Assembly: GCA_963845185.1 (NCBI GenBank)
Contig: CAWJRG010000010.1
Location: forward strand, 64,001-128,000
From: an uncultured bacterium
Lineage (GTDB): Bacteria > Oederibacteriota > PGYV01 > CAWJRG01
DNA: 64,000 nucleotides
Reading direction: 5' to 3'
Below the pieces are notes generated by a model. That model was given only the letters and a program-made list of their open reading frames with translations, ran no database searches and was not told the DNA's origin. Position numbers and translations under genes: made by a program. Below, piece by piece: positions 1 through 8,400 of this stretch (positions are counted from its first letter, which is position 1; every line of letters begins with the position of its first letter).

Positions 1-365
1 TGTGGAGCCCAGTTTGACGCGCTCGGATAACTTCCGACCGGGCCGTTAAATTCATCGCTCCAGTACAGGCTGTAACCTGGCGGGACACCGGGCGGCGTGA
101 ACGTCGCGGTCAATGTTGCCTGTGCATTAGCTGTCTGCTGGGCGTTAGCTGTCAACTGTGCCTGCGCTGTTGCTGTCGCCTGCGCTGACGGCCCGGCTGT
201 CTGAAGAAAAACAACAGTTAATGTTGCCTGCGCCTGGGCTGTTGCTGTCATATTGGGCGTAGGTGTCTGTGTCGCTATAGGTGTGGCAGGTGAGAATTTT
301 TTCGAACAAGTGGCAGCTATAAAAAATGCGATAAGAATAAAAACAGGGATTAAAATTTTTTTCAT
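1..365 (-). CDS. Secreted or lipid-anchored protein with Thr/Ala/Gln-rich stalk and the start of a probable GH16 glycoside hydrolase domain (runs off the window edge)
   Basis: Not in the ORF track. Manual translation from ATG 365 (GAGGTG RBS): MKKILIPVFILIAFFIAATCSKK...TATAQAQATLT...GYSLYWSDEFNG. WSDEF is the typical N-terminal motif of GH16 laminarinase-like domains. Confidence 0.75.
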   Translation of the reverse strand, partial: MKKILIPVFILIAFFIAATCSKKFSPATPIATQTPTPNMTATAQAQATLTVVFLQTAGPSAQATATAQAQLTANAQQTANAQATLTATFTPPGVPPGYSLYWSDEFNGPVGSYPSASNWAP

Positions 366-403
366 ATACACCTCTCGAATCCGTAAATTTATTACTGTAT
401 ATT

Positions 404-432
404 AGTATATCCCCTGTATATAACCTTGTCAA
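404..432 (-). promoter_or_regulatory. Sigma70-type promoter, copy 1 of a conserved promoter cassette
   Basis: Minus strand TTGACA-aggttatatacagggga-TATACT, 17-bp spacer. Confidence 0.75.
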
Positions 433-640
433 TGATGTGTTAAGTTTAAAAAATATACAACAGGCTGGCTGGCAGCCACGGGCGGCATAAGCAACCGGTT
501 TCATTTTGGGAAAGCCTTCATTTTCAGGCAGATAATAAAACAGAAAAATCAAAAATAAACGATATTTTATGATATAATTGCAGCAAATAGATAAAACATT
601 TTTTGCTGGCATTCCACGCATTGAATACCGAGGTGAAAAA

Positions 641-886
641 ATGGCATTTGAAATAGGCCACACGGTTGACCTGAATAATGATTTTTATAAAAAATATTTT
701 GATGATGATGAAGTAATCGGCATAAGCGTAAGGCGTTGGAAAGAATTATTTGAAAAGTATGGAGTAATAGTAAAAGACGCTGTTTATAATGACCATTTAA
801 AAGAAGATATTGTAAAAATACATTTCGCGCAATATCCGACTACTGATTATACATTTCCGGTGAAGTATTTAAGAAAAGTGGAATAA
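641..886 (+). CDS. Small hypothetical protein (81 aa)
   Basis: Inside ORF 578..886. GAGGTG RBS before ATG 641 (MAFEIGHTVDL...). No family recognised. Confidence 0.6.
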   Translation: MAFEIGHTVDLNNDFYKKYFDDDEVIGISVRRWKELFEKYGVIVKDAVYNDHLKEDIVKIHFAQYPTTDYTFPVKYLRKVE

Positions 887-932
887 ATACAACTGACTTG
901 AGTTGTAACGGACAGTTTAGGGTGGCTTACGG

Positions 933-1610
933 TTACCAGACAAAAGGAATAATTCTGAAACGTACTTTCCTGCAATATTCCGTGTATCCCAGCAAATCTC
1001 TTTTTAGAAGCTTTTCCTCGTCAAAAAGCCTCCATACAAGTGCAGGCAGCATAAAGATAATGACCAGCAACCCGCACCACGAACCAAGCGCAATCGGCAT
1101 GCCGATAAGATACATAAGCGAACCGGCGTACATCGGATGCCGTATCACAGCATATGGCCCGGTTGATATTAGTTTTTGATCAGGCGCCACTTCAATAATG
1201 CCAAGTGCGTATGTATTTTCCTTCAATGCAAAAAATACGGCAAGCCAGCCGAGCGAGACAAGCAAGTCCCCTGCGATTGACAGATAGTCAGGCACAAATG
1301 ACCAGTGAAAGCGGTGATCAAGTGCAGGCACAACCAGCAACGCTGCAAACCCTATTGATATGATGGACATTGCAATTTTTTCGCCCAACCCTTTTTCCAG
1401 AGCGGGCCCTGCCGACATGCGCCGTTCCAGGAGTTTTGGGTCTTCCAGCAAAAGATACACGATTATAGCCAGCCCTGCCCCGCCGAACACAGCCAAAAAA
1501 TCCCACGCCTGCCAGTAAATAAGCGTCCATGCCGGAAGCAATATCAGCGCTCCCATGCCGGAAATAACCGCCAGCAGGCTTGCTAATGCCTTTAATTTTA
1601 AGTTTTTCAT
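933..1610 (-). CDS. Isoprenylcysteine carboxylmethyltransferase (ICMT/PEMT) family membrane protein
   Basis: Multiple TM segments, LISTGPYAVIRHPMY and EEKLL...Y motifs, AGGAG RBS. Confidence 0.9.
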   Translation of the reverse strand: MKNLKLKALASLLAVISGMGALILLPAWTLIYWQAWDFLAVFGGAGLAIIVYLLLEDPKLLERRMSAGPALEKGLGEKIAMSIISIGFAALLVVPALDHRFHWSFVPDYLSIAGDLLVSLGWLAVFFALKENTYALGIIEVAPDQKLISTGPYAVIRHPMYAGSLMYLIGMPIALGSWCGLLVIIFMLPALVWRLFDEEKLLKRDLLGYTEYCRKVRFRIIPFVW

Positions 1611-1721
1611 AATAGGATCTCCTTTGGATCCGGCAGCCCTGCTGTAGCCAAGGCAGCCGCCGGGTAGTTTATTTCATTAAACCCGCGGTTGATAAAGGCC
1701 ATTGATAATTTCTTTCGGTTA

Positions 1722-1750
1722 ATTATATCCCCTGTTTACAGCCTTGTCAA
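1722..1750 (-). promoter_or_regulatory. Consensus sigma70 promoter, copy 2 of the conserved cassette
   Basis: Minus strand TTGACA-aggctgtaaacagggga-TATAAT, 17-bp spacer. Confidence 0.85.
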
Positions 1751-1799
1751 TGTGGCCGCACTTACCAACAATTCAAAATTGAAAATTTATTTATTAATC

Positions 1800-3212
1800 T
1801 TACTGCGACGACCAAACGTCGCTTAGCACATTCGATCCTGAGTCCTGCCCGCCTATTACCCACATCATATTGTTATATACCACGCTGGTATGTCCGGATC
1901 TCGCGGAAAAACCAGGGTTTGCCGTCGCCTTCGTCCATGTTATGCCGTCGCTTGAATACCATATGTCATTATAATAATAGGTCCAGTTAGTCCCGCCTAT
2001 CACCCACATTTTATTATCATATACCAAGCTGGTATGCCCGCCCCTTACACTGAAAGCCGCTGCCGCTGTCGCCTGCGTCCAGTTTGCTCCGTCACTTGAA
2101 TACCATACGTCATTGTAATAAGCGCTTCCTGCCCCTGCTATTACCCACATTAAATTGTTATATGCCAGGCAGGTATGTTCCACTCTTGCGTTAAATGGTG
2201 CTGCCGTTGTCGCCTGCGCCCAGTTTGCTCCGTCACTTGAATACCAGACATCATTCAGGTAGCCATTACCGCTGCCGTTCCATCCATACCCTCCTATTAC
2301 CCACATTAAATTATTATATACCGCGCCGGAATGGCCAAACCTTGCGCTGAATACTGTTGTGCCTGTTGCCTGCGTCCACGAAGCTCCGTCACCCGAATAC
2401 CATATGTCGTTTTGCCAGTTAGCGCCTTCGGCTCCGGCTATGACCCATACCAGGTTGTTGTAAACCACTCCGGCAAACCCTGATCTTGCGTTGAAAGCTG
2501 CCGTGCCTGTCACCTGCGTCCATGTGACTCCATCGCCTGAATTCCATACGTCTTTTTTCACGCTGGTTCCGTCATACCCTGATATTACCCACATAAGGTT
2601 ATTAAATACTACGCTTGCAAACGAATCCCTCGCGCCGAATGCTGTTGCGCCTGTTGCCTGCGCCCATATGGAACCCGTCACAATGGTGTTTGTAATAGTC
2701 GGAGTTACTGTTGGTGTAACTGTTATTCTGTCTGTCGCTGAATCTGTAACTGTAGCCGTCCAGTACACAGTGTCTGTTGCAGTTACTATCTGGGTTGCCG
2801 TATATGTATCCGGAATTATTTCTGTTTCCGTTATTGTGGGCGAGTCCTCATTTGTCGGTGTTGAAGTCGGCGTGATTGTCTCTGTATCTAAAGGCGTTTC
2901 TGTCACCGTGTCTTCCGGTGTATTTATTGCCGTATCTACCGGCGTATTTGTTTCAGTGGGAATTTCCGTGTTTGTTCCTGTTTCCATTACAGCCAATGTT
3001 GGTGTTGCTGATAAATAAGAAATTGTAATCGTGGGCGTAATTGAATTTGTATCCGTGGTTGTAACTGCCGGTATTGCTGTTTTGGTAAAAGTTGGCTGTA
3101 TTGTGCTGGTTGGCTGCACTGGTGAAACAGGCCCCATCGGGCTTGATTTCCTTTTCGAGCATGCGTAAAATAATGTCAGGATAATTAAAAGTGCTGTTAA
3201 AATTTTTTTCAT
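1800..3212 (-). CDS. Lipoprotein with Thr/Pro-rich stalk and C-terminal kelch-like six-bladed beta-propeller
   Basis: Signal peptide ending FYAC, about 150-aa T/P/E-rich linker, six ~50-aa repeats (WxQAT..FSARxGH..VYNNLMWVIGG..NDVWYSSDG). Confidence 0.85.
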   Translation of the reverse strand: MKKILTALLIILTLFYACSKRKSSPMGPVSPVQPTSTIQPTFTKTAIPAVTTTDTNSITPTITISYLSATPTLAVMETGTNTEIPTETNTPVDTAINTPEDTVTETPLDTETITPTSTPTNEDSPTITETEIIPDTYTATQIVTATDTVYWTATVTDSATDRITVTPTVTPTITNTIVTGSIWAQATGATAFGARDSFASVVFNNLMWVISGYDGTSVKKDVWNSGDGVTWTQVTGTAAFNARSGFAGVVYNNLVWVIAGAEGANWQNDIWYSGDGASWTQATGTTVFSARFGHSGAVYNNLMWVIGGYGWNGSGNGYLNDVWYSSDGANWAQATTAAPFNARVEHTCLAYNNLMWVIAGAGSAYYNDVWYSSDGANWTQATAAAAFSVRGGHTSLVYDNKMWVIGGTNWTYYYNDIWYSSDGITWTKATANPGFSARSGHTSVVYNNMMWVIGGQDSGSNVLSDVWSSQ

Positions 3213-3433
3213 TGGAGTCTCCATCGATAGCGTTTATTTTATTGATTTGATATTGTAAGGGCAATTCACGGTTTGCTCTTGTTTTCAATTGCTAATTTAT
3301 TATATCTTTTCATAAATAATTGTTTTTCTCATTACTATAACCGTGCTCAGTGGCCTTATAGTGCTTTTTTTAACCGCTACCACGCATTTTGTGTTCCCTA
3401 TTGCATTTTATATAAAAGTAAATTTGCATGGTA

Positions 3434-3694
3434 TTATGAAATATTTCGGCCGAATTCCACTTTCGCCCTTAATGAATCTGCTTCCTCTTTTATTTGTTTC
3501 TTAATGCGCTTAACAATACTTTCCAGTCTCGGCCCCGTAGGCACTGTTCCCGTAAGTTCCGTATGTGCCTCTACGGCTTTTCCCAGTCGATTGTCATAAG
3601 CATCATCCTCATCTGTCTTTGCTGTTACAGGCATTGCTACTGCTGCTGCCTCTGCCTGGAACTTTGCCTTTATCATTGTCTTTGCTTTTTTCAT
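3434..3694 (-). CDS. Hypothetical protein (86 aa)
   Basis: AGAGG RBS before ATG, co-oriented with the rpoZ cluster. Confidence 0.7.
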   Translation of the reverse strand: MKKAKTMIKAKFQAEAAAVAMPVTAKTDEDDAYDNRLGKAVEAHTELTGTVPTGPRLESIVKRIKKQIKEEADSLRAKVEFGRNIS

Positions 3695-3710
3695 TGTTAA
3701 CCTCTTTTTT

Positions 3711-3732
3711 CTCCCCGCGTTGGCCGCGGGAG
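3711..3732. terminator. GC-rich hairpin (terminator or processing/stability element)
   Basis: ctccccgcg-ttggc-cgcgggag with T-rich flanks, directly upstream of the RBS of 3434..3694. Confidence 0.4.
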
Positions 3733-3770
3733 AAAGTTTTTAGGAGCCGTGATTCCCTGCCCTGTTTTGA

Positions 3771-3890
3771 TTATTTTTTATTATCTAACTTTGCGGGTTT
3801 TATTGAAGACTTCCTCCGCGCAAGCCTTCTTTTCTTCTGGTTGTTCTTCACTATTGCTCTCATTTTTCGTTTTGAAATCATGCTGCCCAT
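3771..3890 (-). CDS. 39-aa Lys/Arg-rich microprotein, weakly reminiscent of bS22/AURKAIP1-type basic proteins
   Basis: Manual translation MGSMISKRKMRAIVKNNQKKRRLARRKSSIKPAKLDNKK, with AAGGCGGTGA RBS. Confidence 0.6.
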   Translation of the reverse strand: MGSMISKRKMRAIVKNNQKKRRLARRKSSIKPAKLDNKK

Positions 3891-3933
3891 AATATCACCG
3901 CCTTTTATTTTTACGCTCTTTAAATTTTTATTG

Positions 3934-4023
3934 TTATTTACCCCTCATTAATTGTTTTCTATGCTGTTTCCTGCGTTTTTTAAATTCTATTTTTTCTTTT
4001 TTCCATTCATTTTTATTTTTCAT
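3934..4023 (-). CDS. 29-aa Lys/Arg-rich microprotein
   Basis: Manual translation MKNKNEWKKEKIEFKKRRKQHRKQLMRGK, with GAGGT RBS 5 nt upstream. Confidence 0.55.
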   Translation of the reverse strand: MKNKNEWKKEKIEFKKRRKQHRKQLMRGK

Positions 4024-4082
4024 TTTTTACCTCGTTTTCCCTTTGGTTTTTTGCTTCACGTAAACGTTTCAATGCCGGAATA

Positions 4083-4310
4083 TCAGTCTGCTACGTTTAT
4101 TTTTTTAATGTCAAACTCCGGGTATTTAAGCTTGCCTTCCAAAAATTCTTTTGCGGCAAGATTGGTTGGCTTCAGTTTCCTGTCTTCGTCCTCGGTTTCT
4201 TCCGGGTTTTCCCTTATGTATTTTGCCCTGCTCGAGACCGCCAGCACGGCTGCGTATTTGTTCGGAATTTTTTTCTCGATATCGCTTCTTGTAAATTCAC
4301 TTTTTTTCAT
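4083..4310 (-). CDS. rpoZ: DNA-directed RNA polymerase subunit omega
   Basis: KIPNKYAAVLAVSSRAK...KPTNLAAKEFLEGKL matches the omega signature (NxYxLVxxxxxRA, KPxxxAxxE). GGAGG RBS. Confidence 0.85.
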   Translation of the reverse strand: MKKSEFTRSDIEKKIPNKYAAVLAVSSRAKYIRENPEETEDEDRKLKPTNLAAKEFLEGKLKYPEFDIKKINVAD

Positions 4311-4403
4311 TTACTTGCCTCCAGTATTGTGTTGTTATTTTATTTTTTACGCGCCGCAATGTCTTCAGGGCACGCAGCTCCGTTTCGCAATTTTATGTTC
4401 CGG

Positions 4404-4580
4404 CTATTCGGCTGTAAGTTTTTTATGCTCCGGCGCTTTAGCTTTAATTATGTATCCGGTTCTTTTATAATTGCATTTGGGGCATACATATTTAGTCGGA
4501 TAAAAAACCGTCATAATGCTTCCGCAATTCGGGCACGTTGCCTTGTCAAAAAAATTATTAAACTTATTGAATTTATTCAT
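4404..4580 (-). CDS. 58-aa zinc-ribbon protein
   Basis: CPNC-x13-CPKC, AAGGAGG RBS before ATG 4580. Confidence 0.75.
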   Translation of the reverse strand: MNKFNKFNNFFDKATCPNCGSIMTVFYPTKYVCPKCNYKRTGYIIKAKAPEHKKLTAE

Positions 4581-5049
4581 TTCTTCCTCCTTTTTTATGC
4601 TAACATACGCCTTTGCTATCCTGCTTTCCTCTGATTTTTTACCTGCTGTAAATAGAATTCGGGCATGCAATCAAAAATAATGGCTCTACGGGGAGGTATA
4701 GGAATCCTTTTAGGGAGGATACAAATCCTTAACGCACAATTTGTCCGAATTCCGCGTCTACACCGGCTTACATCCGCTTGCCCGATTCTTGTTCCCTTGT
4801 CTTACAGTCCAGCCGGTCATTTTAGCACAAAATCTGCCGCTTTTTTCTTTTTCAGAATAACCGGAATTATGATATTAATTTTACACCACAAACAGCATTT
4901 ATGATACATCTTTATTCCCCTTTTAATGGATTATTATCGGCATAGATAACAGGAAGTTAAAACGGATGGGCAATATGGCGTGGAATTATGGAATTTACTT
5001 TACAAAAATACAGCGCATTTTGTTGGCTCTTATTAATTGATAATTTGTT

Positions 5050-5871
5050 TCAATTCCCTTGAATTTCCTTAATTTCTTTATATGCCTGCTTGAGCCCGAG
5101 TTTCCCGGCCTTGTTTAAATCTTCAACCGCTCCTTTCTTGTCGCCCAGGTTCGCCTTGACTTCTCCGCGTGTGCAATAAGCCATTGCAAACTTCAGTCTA
5201 AGTTCTATTGCCTTGTCACAGTCCTTGATTGCACCGGCATAGTCGCCTAATTTATTCTTGATGTCCCCGCGGTTGTTATAATACATCGCTTTCTGGGAAT
5301 CAAGTTCTATTGCCTTGTTAAAATCTTCGAGCGCGCCTTCATAGTTTTTTAAATCATATCTGGCGGTCCCGCGGTTGGAATAAGCGTCCACATCATTCGG
5401 GTCAAACTCCAGCGCCTTGCTGTAATCCTTGATTGCGCCCGCATCGTCATTTAAGCCGTTTTTAGCGCTGCCCCGGCCCAGGTAAGCGTCCGCGTCCTTG
5501 GGGCTGATGGATATTGCTTTATTATAATCCGCAATTGCGCCTTTGTAGTTGCCCAGGCCCTTTTTGGCGAGCGCGCGGTTAATAAAAGCATTCTCATTAT
5601 ACGGGTCAAACTCCAGCGTCTTGTTATAATCCCTGATTGCCCCTGCATGGTCTCCTGATTTGTCTTTTGCAACCCCGCGGTTGTAATAAATCCTGGCGGA
5701 CCTCGGGTTAAGCTCTATTGCCTTGTTGTAATCCCTGATTGCGCCCTTATAATCGCCTGATTTATACTTGGCATTTCCTGCATCAAAATACTTTTTTGTT
5801 TCATTATTATCGGAATGGGCCAAAATACTAAAACAAAACATAAAGATTATTACAGGTAAAAGTTTTTTCAT
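5050..5871 (-). CDS. Secreted tetratricopeptide-repeat protein
   Basis: Signal peptide MKKLLPVIIF..., seven 34-aa repeats (YxNRGxAK..LGDYxGAIxDYxKAIELDP), GGAG RBS. Confidence 0.92.
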   Translation of the reverse strand: MKKLLPVIIFMFCFSILAHSDNNETKKYFDAGNAKYKSGDYKGAIRDYNKAIELNPRSARIYYNRGVAKDKSGDHAGAIRDYNKTLEFDPYNENAFINRALAKKGLGNYKGAIADYNKAISISPKDADAYLGRGSAKNGLNDDAGAIKDYSKALEFDPNDVDAYSNRGTARYDLKNYEGALEDFNKAIELDSQKAMYYNNRGDIKNKLGDYAGAIKDCDKAIELRLKFAMAYCTRGEVKANLGDKKGAVEDLNKAGKLGLKQAYKEIKEIQGN

Positions 5872-5949
5872 TACTAACTCCGTTTTTATCTGGCACTCAG
5901 CATTTGGCATTCAGAGTTTCCAAATCCCGAATGCTGAATCTTACCGGCA

Positions 5950-7251
5950 TCACGCAAAGATATAATACAGGATAAAAGCCGCCGCAAGGATATAGATGAG
6001 AAGTGGGACTTCTTTGTATTTGCCTGTTATTAATTTTACTACCGGATATGTAATGACGCCGAAAGCAATTCCGTGGGCAATATTGAATGTCAATGGCGTT
6101 ATGATGAGTGTCATGCACGCCGGCAATGTCTCGGATAGATCCTCCAAATTTAATTTTAAAATATTTTTCAGCATTAAAAACCCAATCATTATAAGGGCAG
6201 GTGCCGCTACCGGGTAAAGCGTGTAATACTTTGACAGGCTTACGCCGGTGCCGACGGACTTTATCAGCGGGTACAGGAACATCGCTGCCAGGAAAAGAAG
6301 GCCGGTTACTGCGTTCGAAAGCCCGGACTTGCCTCTGGTTGACACGCCTCCGGCATTGCTTTCTATGTAGCCGGAAATATTCGACGTGCCCAGGCACGCG
6401 CCAATTGGCGTCCCTATGGCTTCGATAATCAGTACTTTTAATGCACCGGGGTTTTTTGCGTTTACTGCAGAGCCGAGCGTGTCGAAAATATTCATGTAAA
6501 GCAGTATGACCAGGCCAAAAGCAAAATTTAGCAGGTTTAAATGGGTAAAATCAAACTGCATGAACACGGGTTTTATGGATGGCGGCGCGCTTACAATGCC
6601 TGTGAATTTTGCCACGCCTGCAATAGACGCAACCACAAGGGCAATAAGGGTGCCGATTACAATTGATCCTTTAATGTTTCTTAAAAACAGGGCTATTATC
6701 GCCACAAGCCCGGCCAGGGACACAAGCACCTCAGGCGATTTCAAGTCGCCAAGCTGTACAATGGTTAAGGAGTCCGGAACGATTATACCCGACCATTTCA
6801 ATCCCAGCATCGTAATAAAAATCCCTGTACCTGCTACCATGGCGTATCTCAGGGATAAAGGCACGGATTTTGCAACGTAATCCCTGAGTTTAAACGCGGT
6901 CAGGCCGAGAAAAACCAGGCCCTCTATCATGACAAGTGTAATGGCGTGCTGCCATTTCCAGTTCATGGATACGACTATGGTAAATACAAAAATAAGATTC
7001 TCTCCCATAAGCGGCGCGGCTGTTATGGGGAAATTCGCGATAAGCCCCATTAAAATGCACATAAGGCCCGCACCAATGCAGGTTGCGGTCATCACGGCGG
7101 AAAAACTCATGCCTGCCTGCCTTAAGACTGCCGGTTCCATGAAAATAATGTAGGACATTGCCAGGAAAGTGTAGGCGCCTGCGGTGATTTCGTTTTTGAC
7201 TGACGTGTTTTTCTCGTTGAGCCTGAAAAAATCAATAAGGAATTTATTCAT
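5950..7251 (-). CDS. NCS2/AzgA-family purine permease
   Basis: EITAGxxTFLAMSYII, APLMGEN, YIESNAG and PLTFNIAHGIAFG motifs, polytopic membrane protein. Confidence 0.92.
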   Translation of the reverse strand: MNKFLIDFFRLNEKNTSVKNEITAGAYTFLAMSYIIFMEPAVLRQAGMSFSAVMTATCIGAGLMCILMGLIANFPITAAPLMGENLIFVFTIVVSMNWKWQHAITLVMIEGLVFLGLTAFKLRDYVAKSVPLSLRYAMVAGTGIFITMLGLKWSGIIVPDSLTIVQLGDLKSPEVLVSLAGLVAIIALFLRNIKGSIVIGTLIALVVASIAGVAKFTGIVSAPPSIKPVFMQFDFTHLNLLNFAFGLVILLYMNIFDTLGSAVNAKNPGALKVLIIEAIGTPIGACLGTSNISGYIESNAGGVSTRGKSGLSNAVTGLLFLAAMFLYPLIKSVGTGVSLSKYYTLYPVAAPALIMIGFLMLKNILKLNLEDLSETLPACMTLIITPLTFNIAHGIAFGVITYPVVKLITGKYKEVPLLIYILAAAFILYYIFA

Positions 7252-7258
7252 GATATAC

Positions 7259-7469
7259 CTCCCTTAGATTTCGTTTACTTTGTCAAGCCGTCAACAGGCG
7301 ATGACAAAGTATTACGAAATCTTGTACCCGCTCCAGTCCGGACCGCAAGGTCCGGACAAGCGGTGCTTAACATCATGTTTTATTATTTATACTCCATGCT
7401 TTGCATGGACTTGTCGGAGTAATGATTTTGCTTCGCTGTTAACGCTCTCAAAATCAAACTCTGCCAAGC
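7259..7469. repeat. Modular stem-loop repeat, copy 1 (modules A+B+D), abutting the SD of the NCS2 permease gene
   Basis: A 7266-7322 (gatttcgtttactttgtcaagccgtcaacaggcgatgacaaagtattacgaaatc), B 7325-7366, D 7390-7469. Homologous to loci at 11.5, 17.7, 37.7, 41.0 and 58.5 kb. Confidence 0.85.
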
Positions 7470-7620
7470 TGCTCAGGTACAAAGGTCCCCAGGCCGAGAG
7501 TAAATAGTAAGATGGACTAGTTCCCATGAGTTATTTAATTTGAAATTGCCCCGAAGTACTGCTGTTTAACCGCGTCACTAAAATAGCAATCTAAAATGGA
7601 TTTCTACTTAATGCTGTTAA

Positions 7621-8367
7621 TTAGTGGTAATAAACCGTAAGTTTAGGATTTGTCGAGACTGAATAATTGTGATAGAAAGTTGCCCAGTTGGTTCCATATA
7701 ATTCGTTCTGTGCAACCAAAATAATACCAGAGTTCGTGAAAGAATTTGTTATCCACGAATTGACCATCGAGGCATTTAATGTAAAGGTTATTGTGTCTCC
7801 GCTGGCCAGGGCCGGGCCGGCATATACGGTATCGCTTTCAGGCGATGAAAAACTAAAATCCCCTCCGGGTGTCGACCATGTGCCGGAACTGTTATTTGTC
7901 CATGAAGCAGACCCTGCTTGGTAGGCAAGGCAAATCGTGCCTTCAGCCCATCCGTTTGTCAGCGGATAAGCGGTTATTGTTGCACCATTCCCGACTATCT
8001 GGTAAACGGTCAAGGTTAAATATGCCCTGGTCACAGTCACGTTTGTCGGGACAATTGCCGATAAATCAAATCCCATCAGCGTCCTCATCGACTGGTAGCC
8101 GGTAATGTTATCAACACCCATATAAATATACTGGCATCCGCCGGTAGTAAGGCTTGGGTCACCTGAAGAAATATATTCTGCGAGGTTGCCTGCATATGTA
8201 CTGTAAGGGGATATCCCGTCCTGAAAAAAAAGCACAGTATCGCCTGGGGCGCCTGCAGGTCCCGTAGAGCCTGCATTTCCGGTAGAATTGTTTGAGTTGA
8301 CACAGGAAATCATACATGCGGCAGAAACTGCTGAAAGGAGCAACAAGACTAAAAGATTTTTTTTCAT
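7621..8367 (-). CDS. Lipoprotein with DNRLRE-type beta-sandwich domain
   Basis: Lipoprotein signal, short G-X-Y stretch, FQDG..Y, RTLMGFDLS..VTRAYLTL and PKLTVYY motifs. Confidence 0.75.
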   Translation of the reverse strand: MKKNLLVLLLLSAVSAACMISCVNSNNSTGNAGSTGPAGAPGDTVLFFQDGISPYSTYAGNLAEYISSGDPSLTTGGCQYIYMGVDNITGYQSMRTLMGFDLSAIVPTNVTVTRAYLTLTVYQIVGNGATITAYPLTNGWAEGTICLAYQAGSASWTNNSSGTWSTPGGDFSFSSPESDTVYAGPALASGDTITFTLNASMVNSWITNSFTNSGIILVAQNELYGTNWATFYHNYSVSTNPKLTVYYH

Positions 8368-8400
8368 ATCGGCCTCCTCATCATAATAATCCCCGGCTAA

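Noticed and set aside
145..663. 172-aa minus-strand ORF from the track
   Set aside because: Wrong frame. The ATG-365 frame has an RBS, signal peptide and WSDEF motif, and this ORF runs across a clear promoter.
4365..4433. TAG read-through of the zinc-ribbon gene (PEHK repeated in frame after the stop)
   Set aside because: Explained by a short local duplication (gccgga.cataaaa). Other genes in the window end normally at TAG, so there is no sign of recoding.
7266..7322. Repeat module A as an integron attC site
   Set aside because: It lacks RYYYAAC/GTTRRRY boxes, sits before core genes such as argG and argB, and no integron integrase is present.
7255..7620. Purine riboswitch upstream of the NCS2 permease
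   Set aside because: The TATAA/ATATGG/TTTCTACC/CCGTAAA core is absent; the structure is the dispersed repeat also found before unrelated genes.
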